This document shows, in pieces, positions 51,603 to 60,673 of a stretch of DNA of 64,000 nucleotides. How positions within the stretch are numbered: the stretch's first letter is position 1; each line of letters starts with the position of its first letter. The position numbers and the translations under genes are program-made. The notes under the pieces were generated by a model. It did no database searches. It saw only the letters and a program-made list of their open reading frames with translations, and had not been told where the DNA came from. Source of the DNA: Bdellovibrionota bacterium (GTDB lineage Bacteria; Bdellovibrionota_G; JALEGL01; DATDPG01); contig OY764265.1 in the NCBI GenBank assembly GCA_963668355.1, positions 512,001 to 576,000 on the forward strand, written 5' to 3'.

Positions 51603-52420
51603 TGTTCTGGGCTGGATCCATTTTCCTCATTGCAGCGTTGGCTTCTTTTTCTTGGCTCTACCGCCGGAGCGTAGACATTCGGAACTTACCCCGAATGGAC
51701 GACGTCCAGAGACAAATGGAGCAAGCCGCAAAAACGCACCTCCCCAAACAACAGCTGGCCAAGCGTGGTAAGAAACTCGAATACGCAGGCCAATCTTCGG
51801 CCCAAGCCTCGAAGTTGTTTTTTCGAGAGATGGTTTCCGCTGGGACCGCTGGGTTGATCTCCATTTTCTTGGTCTTGTTGGGTCTTCCTTCCGTTTTGAT
51901 TCCCTGCATGGTCATCATCGGCTTACTTTGGCCGTCGATGAGACTCAACCGGGTCATTCGAGCGCGTCGCTCTGAAATCACAATGAACTTACCTTTTTAT
52001 TTGGATTTGTTGACGCTTTCGATGGAAGCCGGACTGGATCTGATCGCTTCGCTGGATGAGATCATTGAGAGCGATCACGACAACCCCCTCAAGGAAGAAG
52101 TCTCCCTCACATTGAAATCCATCCAAATGGGGAAAGGAAGATCCGAAGCTTTCCAAAGAATGGCTGACAGAACCGGTGTCGTTCCCCTAAACCAACTTGC
52201 TTCGGTCATCACACAATCCGAAGAGTTGGGTTCGAGCCTCGGGAATCTTCTTCGAACACAATCGGATGCCTTGCGAAGACAGATTTTTCGCGAAGCCGAA
52301 GAAAAGGCTCAAAAAGCCCCGCTCCGAATGCTCATGCCCTTGGTCCTCTTTATTTTTCCCGTCGCCTTCATCTTACTCTTTGTCCCCTTGATCATGAACG
52401 TGATCCAGGTAATTCATTAG
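51599..52420 (+). CDS. tadC: Tad inner membrane platform protein TadC
   Basis: LP.YLDLL..SMEAG, QSEELG, AEEKAQKAP..MLMPLV.FIFP; ATGA overlap. Confidence 0.9.
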   Translation: MMFWAGSIFLIAALASFSWLYRRSVDIRNLPRMDDVQRQMEQAAKTHLPKQQLAKRGKKLEYAGQSSAQASKLFFREMVSAGTAGLISIFLVLLGLPSVLIPCMVIIGLLWPSMRLNRVIRARRSEITMNLPFYLDLLTLSMEAGLDLIASLDEIIESDHDNPLKEEVSLTLKSIQMGKGRSEAFQRMADRTGVVPLNQLASVITQSEELGSSLGNLLRTQSDALRRQIFREAEEKAQKAPLRMLMPLVLFIFPVAFILLFVPLIMNVIQVIH

Positions 52421-52670
52421 AATGAAAAGATTCTTTCTGTTTTTTTGAGAACTTTTGTTTTTCAATCTCTCTGGAGCTAAAAATGTTTTTTTATTGTTTA
52501 TTTTAATTAAATTTATTCTTTTCAAGTTGGACTGGAGGGACTGAGAAAATGTCTTGTAACTAATTTCAAAAACCTTTTCGTTTTTTGCCTGATGATCATT
52601 TAAGATCATCGAACTAAATTTTTTTACATAGAAATTGTTCACCACTGAGACAAAACTTCAATAGAATATG
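52421..52670. other. Strongly AT-rich intergenic segment containing palindrome GATGATC-N6-GATCATC (52591-52610)
   Basis: Long T/A runs, visibly far more AT-rich than flanking genes. Confidence 0.7.
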
Positions 52671-52748
52671 TGGACTATATCCAATTTTAAAAATCGATCT
52701 TTGTACCGCTTAATCTTTCTCCTACTCTTCTTTCCCCAGGAGGCTCAT

Positions 52749-53246
52749 ATGTCTCAAGTTACGCATGTGGAATATGAAAAACCCATTTCAGAAATGATGG
52801 AGGGAGCCTACAACAGCGACATTCTCATTGTCGAAGGCCCCATCGAAAACAAGGAATTTCAACACATTGTTTTTCCAAAAGAAACTCACTTCGAAAAGAA
52901 AACCAAATCCGAATACATCGATCATGTAAGCGCATATAAAGTTCTGGAAGTTCTCCAATCCACTTCTCTCAAACCCGGAGACACCATCTGGGTCTGGAAA
53001 GAGCCTGCCTACACCCTAGAAGACATAAAAAAAGCTCATGAACAAGGTCTACTTGAATCTCCTTCCGTTCGCGTTCGAACACCTGATTTCCCGATTGAAG
53101 GCAACCGGATACTTGTCTTTGCCATGAAAGCAGAAGTGAGAACAAAAGAATTCCCTTCTGTGTATTCCTTCTGGCTAGAAGAGGGCATAGCGGCCAAAAA
53201 AGAAGTAAAAAAACACCTCAAAAAATGGTGGCAATTCTGGCGCTAA
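52749..53246 (+). CDS. Hypothetical protein with C-terminal KKWWQFWR motif
   Basis: AGGAGG RBS before ATG 52749; open frame; basic-aromatic tail. Confidence 0.7.
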   Translation: MSQVTHVEYEKPISEMMEGAYNSDILIVEGPIENKEFQHIVFPKETHFEKKTKSEYIDHVSAYKVLEVLQSTSLKPGDTIWVWKEPAYTLEDIKKAHEQGLLESPSVRVRTPDFPIEGNRILVFAMKAEVRTKEFPSVYSFWLEEGIAAKKEVKKHLKKWWQFWR

Positions 53247-53283
53247 CTCTTTTGGTCTATCGAAGTCTCAAAAAACAATTTGA

Positions 53284-53318
53284 GACCCGGAAAACTGTAG
53301 TTTGCCGGGTCATTTTTT
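53284..53318 (+). terminator. Intrinsic terminator between convergent genes
   Basis: GACCCGG-AAAAC..GTTTG-CCGGGTC-A-TTTTTT. Confidence 0.75.
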
Positions 53319-53324
53319 AACGCT

Positions 53325-54458
53325 TTACGGCCACAAAAGAACTTGGACCGTTTCATCCAAGAGGTAAAAGTCGCCGCCGGACAAGATATCTTGAAAGACA
53401 TCGATGGCCTTTCCTTCCAAACGGACCGAGTTCACAAAGGAAATGATCATGATGTCTTTTTGGGCCTTCTCGAATTTCTTCAGCATTCGCTGGGCAATCT
53501 GAGCATTCTTGCATCCCCCCATGAAAAAGACGCCACCATCTCGAAAGGCTTGGGGAAAAAGATTTTCATCGACTTTGATGCCCGGCCAATAAATTTCTTC
53601 CTGAACCCTTGCTTCCGGGTGTTGGGTGGAAACATCAAAATTGTCGAGCCAAAAACGAACCACGCTGGATTGTTTGACTTCCCAACTTCCACGATTCTCT
53701 TCTAAGTTTCGACGAATCAAATTCCGAGCTTCAGACACGTCATAGCCTTTTTTCTCCACCAACCGATCCACCATGGCTTCATAGCGAGCTGTCCAACCTG
53801 GAAGGGAGGCGAGCTTTTGAAGAGGACTGGCCCCCTGACTTCCAAATCGATAACCATCATAGACTCCCGAATGGGCAAAGATGGCAATGAGGTCATATCC
53901 CCCAGATCTTCGAGCTTCTAATAAGAAGTCCCCAAACTGCTCTGGGTAACGAATGGGAACTACGACGCTTTCGACTTCGATCTTATTGGCCCCAAGATTG
54001 TATTCCGTATGGAACTTTTGAGCCCGTCGCGCCATATTGAGCGCAGACCATCCGTCCGGAGCCAGATCATCCCTTCCTAAGGATTCGGTCTCTAAGTACT
54101 CCTTTAACTGTCCCCAATTCGTCTTTCCCGTTTTTTCAGACCGAACGTACAATTTTCCGCCAAACGTTTTTACGGCCAGATTGATGGCATGGCGCCTTTT
54201 CTGAAGAAGTTCCTGATTACTCATTCCCGGCTTTCTTAAACAAAACTCCCAGATTTGATCTGTGACCTCTTGGCGTCTATCCGACGCGGCCTGAGAACTT
54301 CGAAACGCAGGCGAATCCAATAACTCCCTTAAAAGTTTTATTTTTTTGGGTGTCTCACATCGGTAATCACCGTAGAGAAAAGCAGCGCGCTCGGTTTGGG
54401 CCCAAGAGATGTTGGATATGAGAAGGCAGGCCCCTAAAATCAAGCCCGGCAATCGCAT
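53325..54458 (-). CDS. Secreted protein, putative clan CD (caspase/CHAT-like) cysteine peptidase
   Basis: Signal peptide ending SWA; YDLIAIFAHSG (H196), VFFMGGC (C316), IISFVNSV. Confidence 0.5.
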   Translation of the reverse strand: MRLPGLILGACLLISNISWAQTERAAFLYGDYRCETPKKIKLLRELLDSPAFRSSQAASDRRQEVTDQIWEFCLRKPGMSNQELLQKRRHAINLAVKTFGGKLYVRSEKTGKTNWGQLKEYLETESLGRDDLAPDGWSALNMARRAQKFHTEYNLGANKIEVESVVVPIRYPEQFGDFLLEARRSGGYDLIAIFAHSGVYDGYRFGSQGASPLQKLASLPGWTARYEAMVDRLVEKKGYDVSEARNLIRRNLEENRGSWEVKQSSVVRFWLDNFDVSTQHPEARVQEEIYWPGIKVDENLFPQAFRDGGVFFMGGCKNAQIAQRMLKKFEKAQKDIMIISFVNSVRLEGKAIDVFQDILSGGDFYLLDETVQVLLWP

Positions 54459-54460
54459 GA

Positions 54461-56164
54461 TTAGTTCACTCCGTTAACCAGAACATGGGAGTCTTGACCT
54501 TCTGTCGTCAAGCGCATGGCAATGCCCTGCTTGCCCGGATGATCTTTGGCGAGCTTCAACGCCTCATCTGCAGCATCAATCAAACTTTTTACCGCTTCTC
54601 CAGGCTTGGCTTCTGCCACTCCAATGGAAACCGTACCCACATTCCCACTTTCGGGAAAATGGCCCAGCCCCCGAAAGGCTCCTTCAAGCTTCTCGTGAGC
54701 CAACACATCCACCCCTCTTCGTCCTTCCAATTCGACACATTTCTCTTGGATCTGCTGCGTGAGACGAATGCGCATTTGAGATTGGCGAATGTTTTCCTGC
54801 AATCGTTTGGCCGCCAATACTGCGTCGTCCAAAGAAGTTTCGGGAAGAATGACCACAAACTCTTCTCCCCCCATGCGAAAAACCAAGTCACCTTCACGAA
54901 TGCTTTTCGCAACCGCCCTGGCTTCCTCTGCAAAAGTTCGGATGAGATCATCCCCCGCACTATGACTTAGGAGGTCATTGAAGGCTTTGAAAAAGTCCCC
55001 ATCCAAGTACAAAGCTGAAACTCTCGTACCTTTCGAAATCATGTTTTGAATCTTGAGTCCTAACTCACCAAGCTGTGTTTCAGAAAGAAACAAGGCTCCC
55101 TTATTGAACACGCGACTTAAAGGATCCATCAAAACTCTCCGATTCAAATGGGCAATCTCGGCGGCCATTCTTCTCCCAGAAGGAGACACCGGGGTCTTGG
55201 CCAAACTGGATACCGCGAACCGTCGAATCCCGCGCTCCAAAACCACGGCTACTTCAAAGTCAGCGGTAATGGCTCCAATCTCTCTTGAATTCAGAGTTAG
55301 TGCTTTTGCCAGCACATGGTCCGTCGTATTCACAATCGCATCACTCGGATTTTCTTTAAAACCCTTCCACTGCCTGGACCGTTCCGAATAAACGTCTCGA
55401 GTCAATTCATACGTCAATTCATCTCCGCTCATCCATCCGTAAACCGTTTGAGCGCGACCTTTGACTTCGTACCAAAAATTCCCTGGAAGATCCTTAATCA
55501 GGTCCCCGAGTCTTTCTTGAAACCCATCGCCAAATTCCACCAACTGATGCTCAACATGATCCTCAGGGTTCTGATCACTCCGACGGAAGGTGTATTTGAG
55601 AGTTTCCCAGAAGGAAGAGGTGGTGGCACTTTTTTCGTAAACCCGGAGAAGATCGCGCACGGTCTCACATCTCTTACCCAATAGCTCTCGCAACATTCCC
55701 GAAGGATCCAACCAATCTAAACCCAATTGCATTCTCAAATCTTGAACCCACCCTAAACTCCGTAACATTTCATTTTGAAGGCTGAGCCTCCATGAAAGAA
55801 CGCTCTTAATCGAGTCGGGAACATCCATCGGACCCCATGAATTTCGAAGTTGAATTTGGCGATACTCATGACGGGCACACGTCGCAACGTATTCGGCAGA
55901 GAAGAATTCCGTCCAAGCCTGTCGAAAACCCATCCTGGCCATCTCTCTCTCTTCGTCGCTCAAGAAAGAGCGGCCGCGCAGAACTTCGGAAAAGCGGGTC
56001 AAAGCCTCCTGATAGGCCTCCGGATCACGCCGCCTCTCAGAGTAGGCCGCATTCATCTCTTCCAAAAGCTCTTCAGCCGATCTGAAATCCTGAGCCAAAA
56101 CCCCTGGCACGGAAAACAAGACCACCAAAAGAAGTGCGAAAAATTTTCGAATCCCGTTCATCAC
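54461..56164 (-). CDS. Signal-peptide protein with long helical N-terminal region and C-terminal GGDEF diguanylate cyclase domain
   Basis: RKFFALLLVVLFSVPGVLA-QD; DPL, LDGDFFKAFND..SH..GD, REGD I-site, RMGGEEF (GGEEF at 54857-54871), VSIGVA, ADEAL..AK. Confidence 0.88.
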   Translation of the reverse strand: MMNGIRKFFALLLVVLFSVPGVLAQDFRSAEELLEEMNAAYSERRRDPEAYQEALTRFSEVLRGRSFLSDEEREMARMGFRQAWTEFFSAEYVATCARHEYRQIQLRNSWGPMDVPDSIKSVLSWRLSLQNEMLRSLGWVQDLRMQLGLDWLDPSGMLRELLGKRCETVRDLLRVYEKSATTSSFWETLKYTFRRSDQNPEDHVEHQLVEFGDGFQERLGDLIKDLPGNFWYEVKGRAQTVYGWMSGDELTYELTRDVYSERSRQWKGFKENPSDAIVNTTDHVLAKALTLNSREIGAITADFEVAVVLERGIRRFAVSSLAKTPVSPSGRRMAAEIAHLNRRVLMDPLSRVFNKGALFLSETQLGELGLKIQNMISKGTRVSALYLDGDFFKAFNDLLSHSAGDDLIRTFAEEARAVAKSIREGDLVFRMGGEEFVVILPETSLDDAVLAAKRLQENIRQSQMRIRLTQQIQEKCVELEGRRGVDVLAHEKLEGAFRGLGHFPESGNVGTVSIGVAEAKPGEAVKSLIDAADEALKLAKDHPGKQGIAMRLTTEGQDSHVLVNGVN

Positions 56165-56184
56165 AATCGCCTGCGCCTATACCA

Positions 56185-56200
56185 AGCAAAGCCCATACCA
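56185..56200 (-). promoter_or_regulatory. sigma54 -24/-12 promoter
   Basis: Minus strand TGGTATGGGCTTTGCT (GG-N10-GC), about 20 nt upstream of the start. Confidence 0.72.
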
Positions 56201-56444
56201 TTCAAGAAGCAATTTTCTTCTTTTATTTTAAGGTGTTGGAAGGAGTAAGCCTGGCCAAATTCGGCCCCTTGTGACGTCGATGCCTCAATCCTCGATTCTT
56301 AAGGAAAATTACCTCGCGAGAAGAATGGAAACAGGATCTTCCTCAATATGGACCGCGAAACTAAGTCAGATAGCCACTCGAACAAACAGGCCGTTTTTTT
56401 TCTTCCCCATGACAAGAACGTCAGTGGGGTTCGAAACAACGAAA

Positions 56445-56837
56445 CTATTTGATGTTTCGGATTTGCAGCAAGTAGTTTGCTGCATCCGTGCTTAAGCTTT
56501 TTCGCTGAATGCTGGTCACGGCACGTCGATGAAAAATCAACGGTTCCCAAGACGTCTTCTCGACTTCAAAACCGTCTTTTCCCTTGAAGACGACTTGAAT
56601 GTCCGTAGGAACATCATTGTCTTCTTCGTTTTCAATTTCCACTTTCACCAAGAGACGTCCGTCTTCGGTCTCCACGGCTTTGTGTTTCAACACTTTCAAG
56701 TAGTACGTCAAACCGTGGTCCAGAAGAAGAATCTTATTGCTTTCCTGAGGAGCGTCCACCGACTGCCCTGGTGCATAGGGGCGTCCACAAGAAGCCACAA
56801 ACCCAATCAATAAAAGCATTAAAAAAACTTTTTTCAT
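56445..56837 (-). CDS. YcfL/DUF1425-like lipoprotein
   Basis: Lipobox VASC; F..KDGF...SW pattern; last gene of the lpoB-like cluster. Confidence 0.65.
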   Translation of the reverse strand: MKKVFLMLLLIGFVASCGRPYAPGQSVDAPQESNKILLLDHGLTYYLKVLKHKAVETEDGRLLVKVEIENEEDNDVPTDIQVVFKGKDGFEVEKTSWEPLIFHRRAVTSIQRKSLSTDAANYLLQIRNIK

Positions 56838-58033
56838 TTCGTTTTTCCTTTCGTGAGGTTTGTTTGCCCCAAAGGCCCATTTACGGGTCCGCTTCGGAAC
56901 AGATAAATTTTGTCATCTTTCTTTTCAAAAGGCATGTGATACCAAACCTGGTCATACCCTCGTATGGGGTGACCGCCTTTTCCTAAGAAAGACAATCGAA
57001 ACATATGCATGCCGGGTGTTAGATGCGTCATGCTAAGGTGAACGAGATCGGGAAGAAGTTCCCATTGACGAATATCGGCTTGAGACTGATTCGCCAAAGC
57101 AAAAAGCCCCGCACCCAAAGCAACCCAACCGGCCGTTTTATTTCCTTTTGCGGCCTCGTTTGCCGCGATCACGGTCGTAACGGTGGCAGCATCACGTGCC
57201 ACCCCCTTGGAAACTTGCACAGTATCTTTTCCTGTCCAACCTTTGGTTTGAGCTTGATACGTCAAGTCTCCAATGAGTGCTGTGGAACCTACTTTTTGAT
57301 CATCCACATAAAGCACCGCCCGTTGTTCAGGATATTTGGGACGAACCCACTTCACCAAACTCTTTCCGGGTCCCGTGCGCGTTTTCTTGGGAGCTGTCCC
57401 CAGTTCCACCAAAAACAAGGCATTGCTTTGACGAAGATGTTCCAAGGTCAAATAGGGGTTATTGGCCCTTCTCTTCTTGGCCTTTTTTAGGGCAATCCGA
57501 GCATTGTCATTCTGGCCCAATTTCAAAAACACTTTGGCTTGAAGGAGAAATGGCAAAGCAAAATCTTGGCTATGCTTGGCTTCCTTCATTTTTACTGCCA
57601 TCGCAGCCTTATTAAAAGCCGCTCGGGCATTATCATACTCGCCACGATTATAGTAGATGATCCCCGCATAGATCGAAGCCATGGATTTTTCAAAAGGCTC
57701 CCCTTTGAACACCTTAATGGCCTCGGCACTGATCAAGCTCGCGGTGCCTTTTCCTTTTCCCCCATACCCCCACATCACTTGGTTGGCATTTAAGGCGGCT
57801 TTTTCCGCAGCTTCATATTCCCCGGCATAAAGAGTGGCACTGAGCAAAGCGAGGTTATGCAAGGCGTAGTCCTTGTCTCGAACTTGAGCTTTCTTTTTGA
57901 AGATATCGGCGGCTTTTTGGTAGTCGCGCCGGTGGAAGGCCTTCACGCCTTCCACCGGTAATCGCGTGCTACAGGCTAGAAAAAGAAAGCTTAAGACAAA
58001 ACAAAACGTTCCGTATTTGAAGAACTTTTTCAC
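56834..58033 (-). CDS. TPR lipoprotein (COG3014-like)
   Basis: Lipobox FLAC; FKGEPFEK, DNARAAF, QADIRQWELLP. Confidence 0.7.
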   Translation of the reverse strand: MKKFFKYGTFCFVLSFLFLACSTRLPVEGVKAFHRRDYQKAADIFKKKAQVRDKDYALHNLALLSATLYAGEYEAAEKAALNANQVMWGYGGKGKGTASLISAEAIKVFKGEPFEKSMASIYAGIIYYNRGEYDNARAAFNKAAMAVKMKEAKHSQDFALPFLLQAKVFLKLGQNDNARIALKKAKKRRANNPYLTLEHLRQSNALFLVELGTAPKKTRTGPGKSLVKWVRPKYPEQRAVLYVDDQKVGSTALIGDLTYQAQTKGWTGKDTVQVSKGVARDAATVTTVIAANEAAKGNKTAGWVALGAGLFALANQSQADIRQWELLPDLVHLSMTHLTPGMHMFRLSFLGKGGHPIRGYDQVWYHMPFEKKDDKIYLFRSGPVNGPLGQTNLTKGKTK

Positions 58034-58041
58034 GGATCAGA

Positions 58042-58626
58042 CTATCGGTCGTATAACCCAGCTTCCCCGATTTTCTTCACTTCGTAGTCGTCTTCCCAAA
58101 CGATGGCCGTACTTTCAGCATCGGTTAAACGAAACGCATAACGCGTATACGTCGAACGTTGCCCACCGGACTGCTTATCAATAGAAGACAATTTGCCGGT
58201 TAGAAAGTAGTCCGCCCCAGCTCGGGCTTTCATTTTTCCCGAGGAGAGAGAACCCGAACGTTTGGCACTTCGTTCATTTGAAACGTCCTTGCTGATTTCC
58301 CGATCCAAGAAAATCATTTTTCCTTGAGAGTTTCGAAGCAACAAGGTGCGCATTTTTTCAATAAAAAGATTCTTATTGATGATTTCGTTCGTCTCGTTTT
58401 TCACATCCGAAAAAGCTATGCGAGGAGGGGTCTTCGCAGCTTGAATCTGATGCAAACCAATCAAAGAACGCGCCATTTTCTGAGCCACAGCGTTCAAGTC
58501 TTTGCTGGATGTTTCGGTATCCGAAAAGGGTTCATCCGAAGCGGTACTCACGCGATTCGTATTTGCGGTACACCCAAACACGGCCACGGAAAGAACTGCC
58601 ACCCAAAATACGCTCATTCGTTTCAC
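58042..58626 (-). CDS. LpoB-like lipoprotein
   Basis: Lipobox VFGC; KDL..AQKMA.SL, VKNET, ADYFLTGKL, IVWE. Confidence 0.72.
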   Translation of the reverse strand: MKRMSVFWVAVLSVAVFGCTANTNRVSTASDEPFSDTETSSKDLNAVAQKMARSLIGLHQIQAAKTPPRIAFSDVKNETNEIINKNLFIEKMRTLLLRNSQGKMIFLDREISKDVSNERSAKRSGSLSSGKMKARAGADYFLTGKLSSIDKQSGGQRSTYTRYAFRLTDAESTAIVWEDDYEVKKIGEAGLYDR

Positions 58627-58914
58627 GAGACTCTCCTCTCTAAACTCTAACTAGTTGAAAATAGATTGTTTTTTCTTCCTCCCCTTGCGTCTGCACATCA
58701 AAATCAGACCTCCGGTGGGGAGTGCCAGGGATCTTGGCAGTCAAAGAGGTGCTTGTAAACGGAATTTAAGTGGGTATTTAAGTCCTCGTTTTTGTGGATA
58801 TTTGACTTTTTTTGCGACATTTATATCCATTTTCTTTGACGATTTGGGAGCAAAAGGGTGAAATGGTGTCGCTGTTCAACAAAAATTAGGCCAAAGCGCC
58901 TTGAGGGAGGGGAA

Positions 58915-60282
58915 ATGACGCACTTTCGCGCCGCTTTTGTATTTTTCGGGTTAACGATTTTTTTATATGGAATGGGAAACGCCGCTGAGATTGATCCCCA
59001 AATTGAAATGGAACTTCAGTCTCAAGATACGGTTCCCGTCATTGTGAGATTGGAAGAAAGCCATGAAGGGGGAGATGCGCTCCACTTTTTGCCAGATACC
59101 CTTTCTCGGAAAACCTTCTTGGAAGAAAAACGACGCTCTTTTCACCAAACGTTTTTGTCGTTTCGACCCCAGGTGCAAAATTTCCGTCAGGCCATCCCGG
59201 AGCAAAACTTCGGTGAGATCTGGCTCATTGGGGCCATCACGCTTCGGGTCAATGAGGCCTTATTGGAAGAGCTTCGAAACGATCCCAAGGTCCTTTCCAT
59301 CCATCTGGACCGCACGCATTACCTCCCCCAACCTCAAACAGGATACCTCGACCATGAAGAGGGATATACCTGGGGGCTAAAAAAGCTGAAACTTCCGGTC
59401 CTAAATTTAGTTGCATCGGATCTTACCGGAAAAGGCGTGGTCGCTGGCGTCATCGACACCGGGATTGATGCCACCCACCCAGATCTCCAAGGGAAAATTC
59501 TCTATTTTAAGGACTTCAGCAGTAACCCCGAGGGAGAATGGACGCTCCCCACGGATGACCATGGACATGGAACGCATGTCGCCGGAACGATTGCAGGAGG
59601 ATCGGCTTCTGGGAAAGCCATTGGAGTTGCGCCGGAAACCACTTTGGTCGTCGCGCGAATTTTCGATGCCAATGGAATGACCTCAACCCGTGCAATTCTC
59701 AATGCCATGCAATGGATGGCAGATCCCGACGAAAACTTTGAAACCGATGAGGATGTACCTCGAATCGTCAACAATTCCTGGGGAGGCAGCGGAGGTGGAG
59801 AAACCGACTCTCCTCTTTATATGGCTGTGGAGAGTTGGAGAACGCTTCAGATTTTTCCCTGCTTCGCGGCTGGGAACTCTGGACCCGGAGTGGGAACCGT
59901 GGGAACTCCTGGAGGTTTTGACAACGCCTTTGCCGTAGGCGCCACAGACGAGAAGGATGAAATCGCATATTTCTCCAGTCGAGGTCCCGCTTGGTTGGAC
60001 GGTGAAATTTTAGATAAACCGGATGCCTCTGCACCGGGTGTGGACGTTTTTTCCTCCATTCCCGGTGGCGGATACGCCTCTTGGTCGGGTACTTCCATGG
60101 CCACCCCACATATGACGGGTGTGATCGTTCTACTCTTCCAACAATACCCGTTCCTCACGGTCGAACGCATGACGCATCTACTCATCGATAGCGTCGATGA
60201 CCTGGGGGTTGAGGGGTTCGATTACAGCTACGGCTTTGGTCGAGTCAATTTGCTGAGAGCGGCTTTGGACTACAACTACTAA
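58915..60282 (+). CDS. Secreted subtilisin-like serine protease (S8) with propeptide
   Basis: Triad VIDTG, HGTHVAG, GTSMATPH; AAGN; signal peptide; GGAGG RBS. Confidence 0.95.
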   Translation: MTHFRAAFVFFGLTIFLYGMGNAAEIDPQIEMELQSQDTVPVIVRLEESHEGGDALHFLPDTLSRKTFLEEKRRSFHQTFLSFRPQVQNFRQAIPEQNFGEIWLIGAITLRVNEALLEELRNDPKVLSIHLDRTHYLPQPQTGYLDHEEGYTWGLKKLKLPVLNLVASDLTGKGVVAGVIDTGIDATHPDLQGKILYFKDFSSNPEGEWTLPTDDHGHGTHVAGTIAGGSASGKAIGVAPETTLVVARIFDANGMTSTRAILNAMQWMADPDENFETDEDVPRIVNNSWGGSGGGETDSPLYMAVESWRTLQIFPCFAAGNSGPGVGTVGTPGGFDNAFAVGATDEKDEIAYFSSRGPAWLDGEILDKPDASAPGVDVFSSIPGGGYASWSGTSMATPHMTGVIVLLFQQYPFLTVERMTHLLIDSVDDLGVEGFDYSYGFGRVNLLRAALDYNY

Positions 60283-60310
60283 CTCCAAAATTCGAAAACA
60301 CTCTCTGTCA

Positions 60311-60342
60311 ACGAGGGGCGACTCTTACGGGTCGCCCCTCGT
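60311..60342. terminator. GC-rich hairpin (terminator- or REP-like)
   Basis: ACGAGGGGCGACTC-TTAC-GGGTCGCCCCTCGT. Confidence 0.6.
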
Positions 60343-60376
60343 CATTTGAAAATACCTGAGGTATAGCCTTTCCCCC

Positions 60377-60673
60377 ATGGACAACCTCACGTTCAAAGAC
60401 ATTCAACGCATGGCCAAGCTGGCTCAGTTGGACGTTTCTAAAGAGGAAGCCAAAAGGCTCCACCCATCCTTTCTCGAAATTCTGTCCTTCATGAAGCAAC
60501 TCAAGGAAGTGGATCTTCTTCCTGATATTTCCGAAACTTCATCTCCCTCACACAACTTCCCCCAGGAGGAATGTGAGATCACGGCCAACCCCTCTCTTTC
60601 TCCACAAGAGGCTCTAAAAAACGCACCTGATCGAAAAAACAACCATTTCCGGGTACCCAAAGTGATCAAATGA
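60377..60673 (+). CDS. gatC: Asp/Glu-tRNA amidotransferase subunit C
   Basis: AKLAQL, L.EVD, ALKNAP..HFRVPKVI; overlaps gatA start. Confidence 0.9.
   Translation: MDNLTFKDIQRMAKLAQLDVSKEEAKRLHPSFLEILSFMKQLKEVDLLPDISETSSPSHNFPQEECEITANPSLSPQEALKNAPDRKNNHFRVPKVIK

Noticed and set aside
52373..52645. 90-aa minus-strand ORF, or replication origin, in the AT-rich patch
   Set aside because: K/N/F/I-biased translation typical of AT-rich noncoding DNA; no DnaA boxes seen
54950..55010. Hypr-type (cGAMP-making) GGDEF
   Set aside because: The guanine-specificity position is Asp (ND..SHSAGD), not Ser/Thr
58627..58914. Structured RNA or c-di-GMP riboswitch in the divergent intergenic region
   Set aside because: Only short hairpins; GEMM consensus elements not found in the proper arrangement
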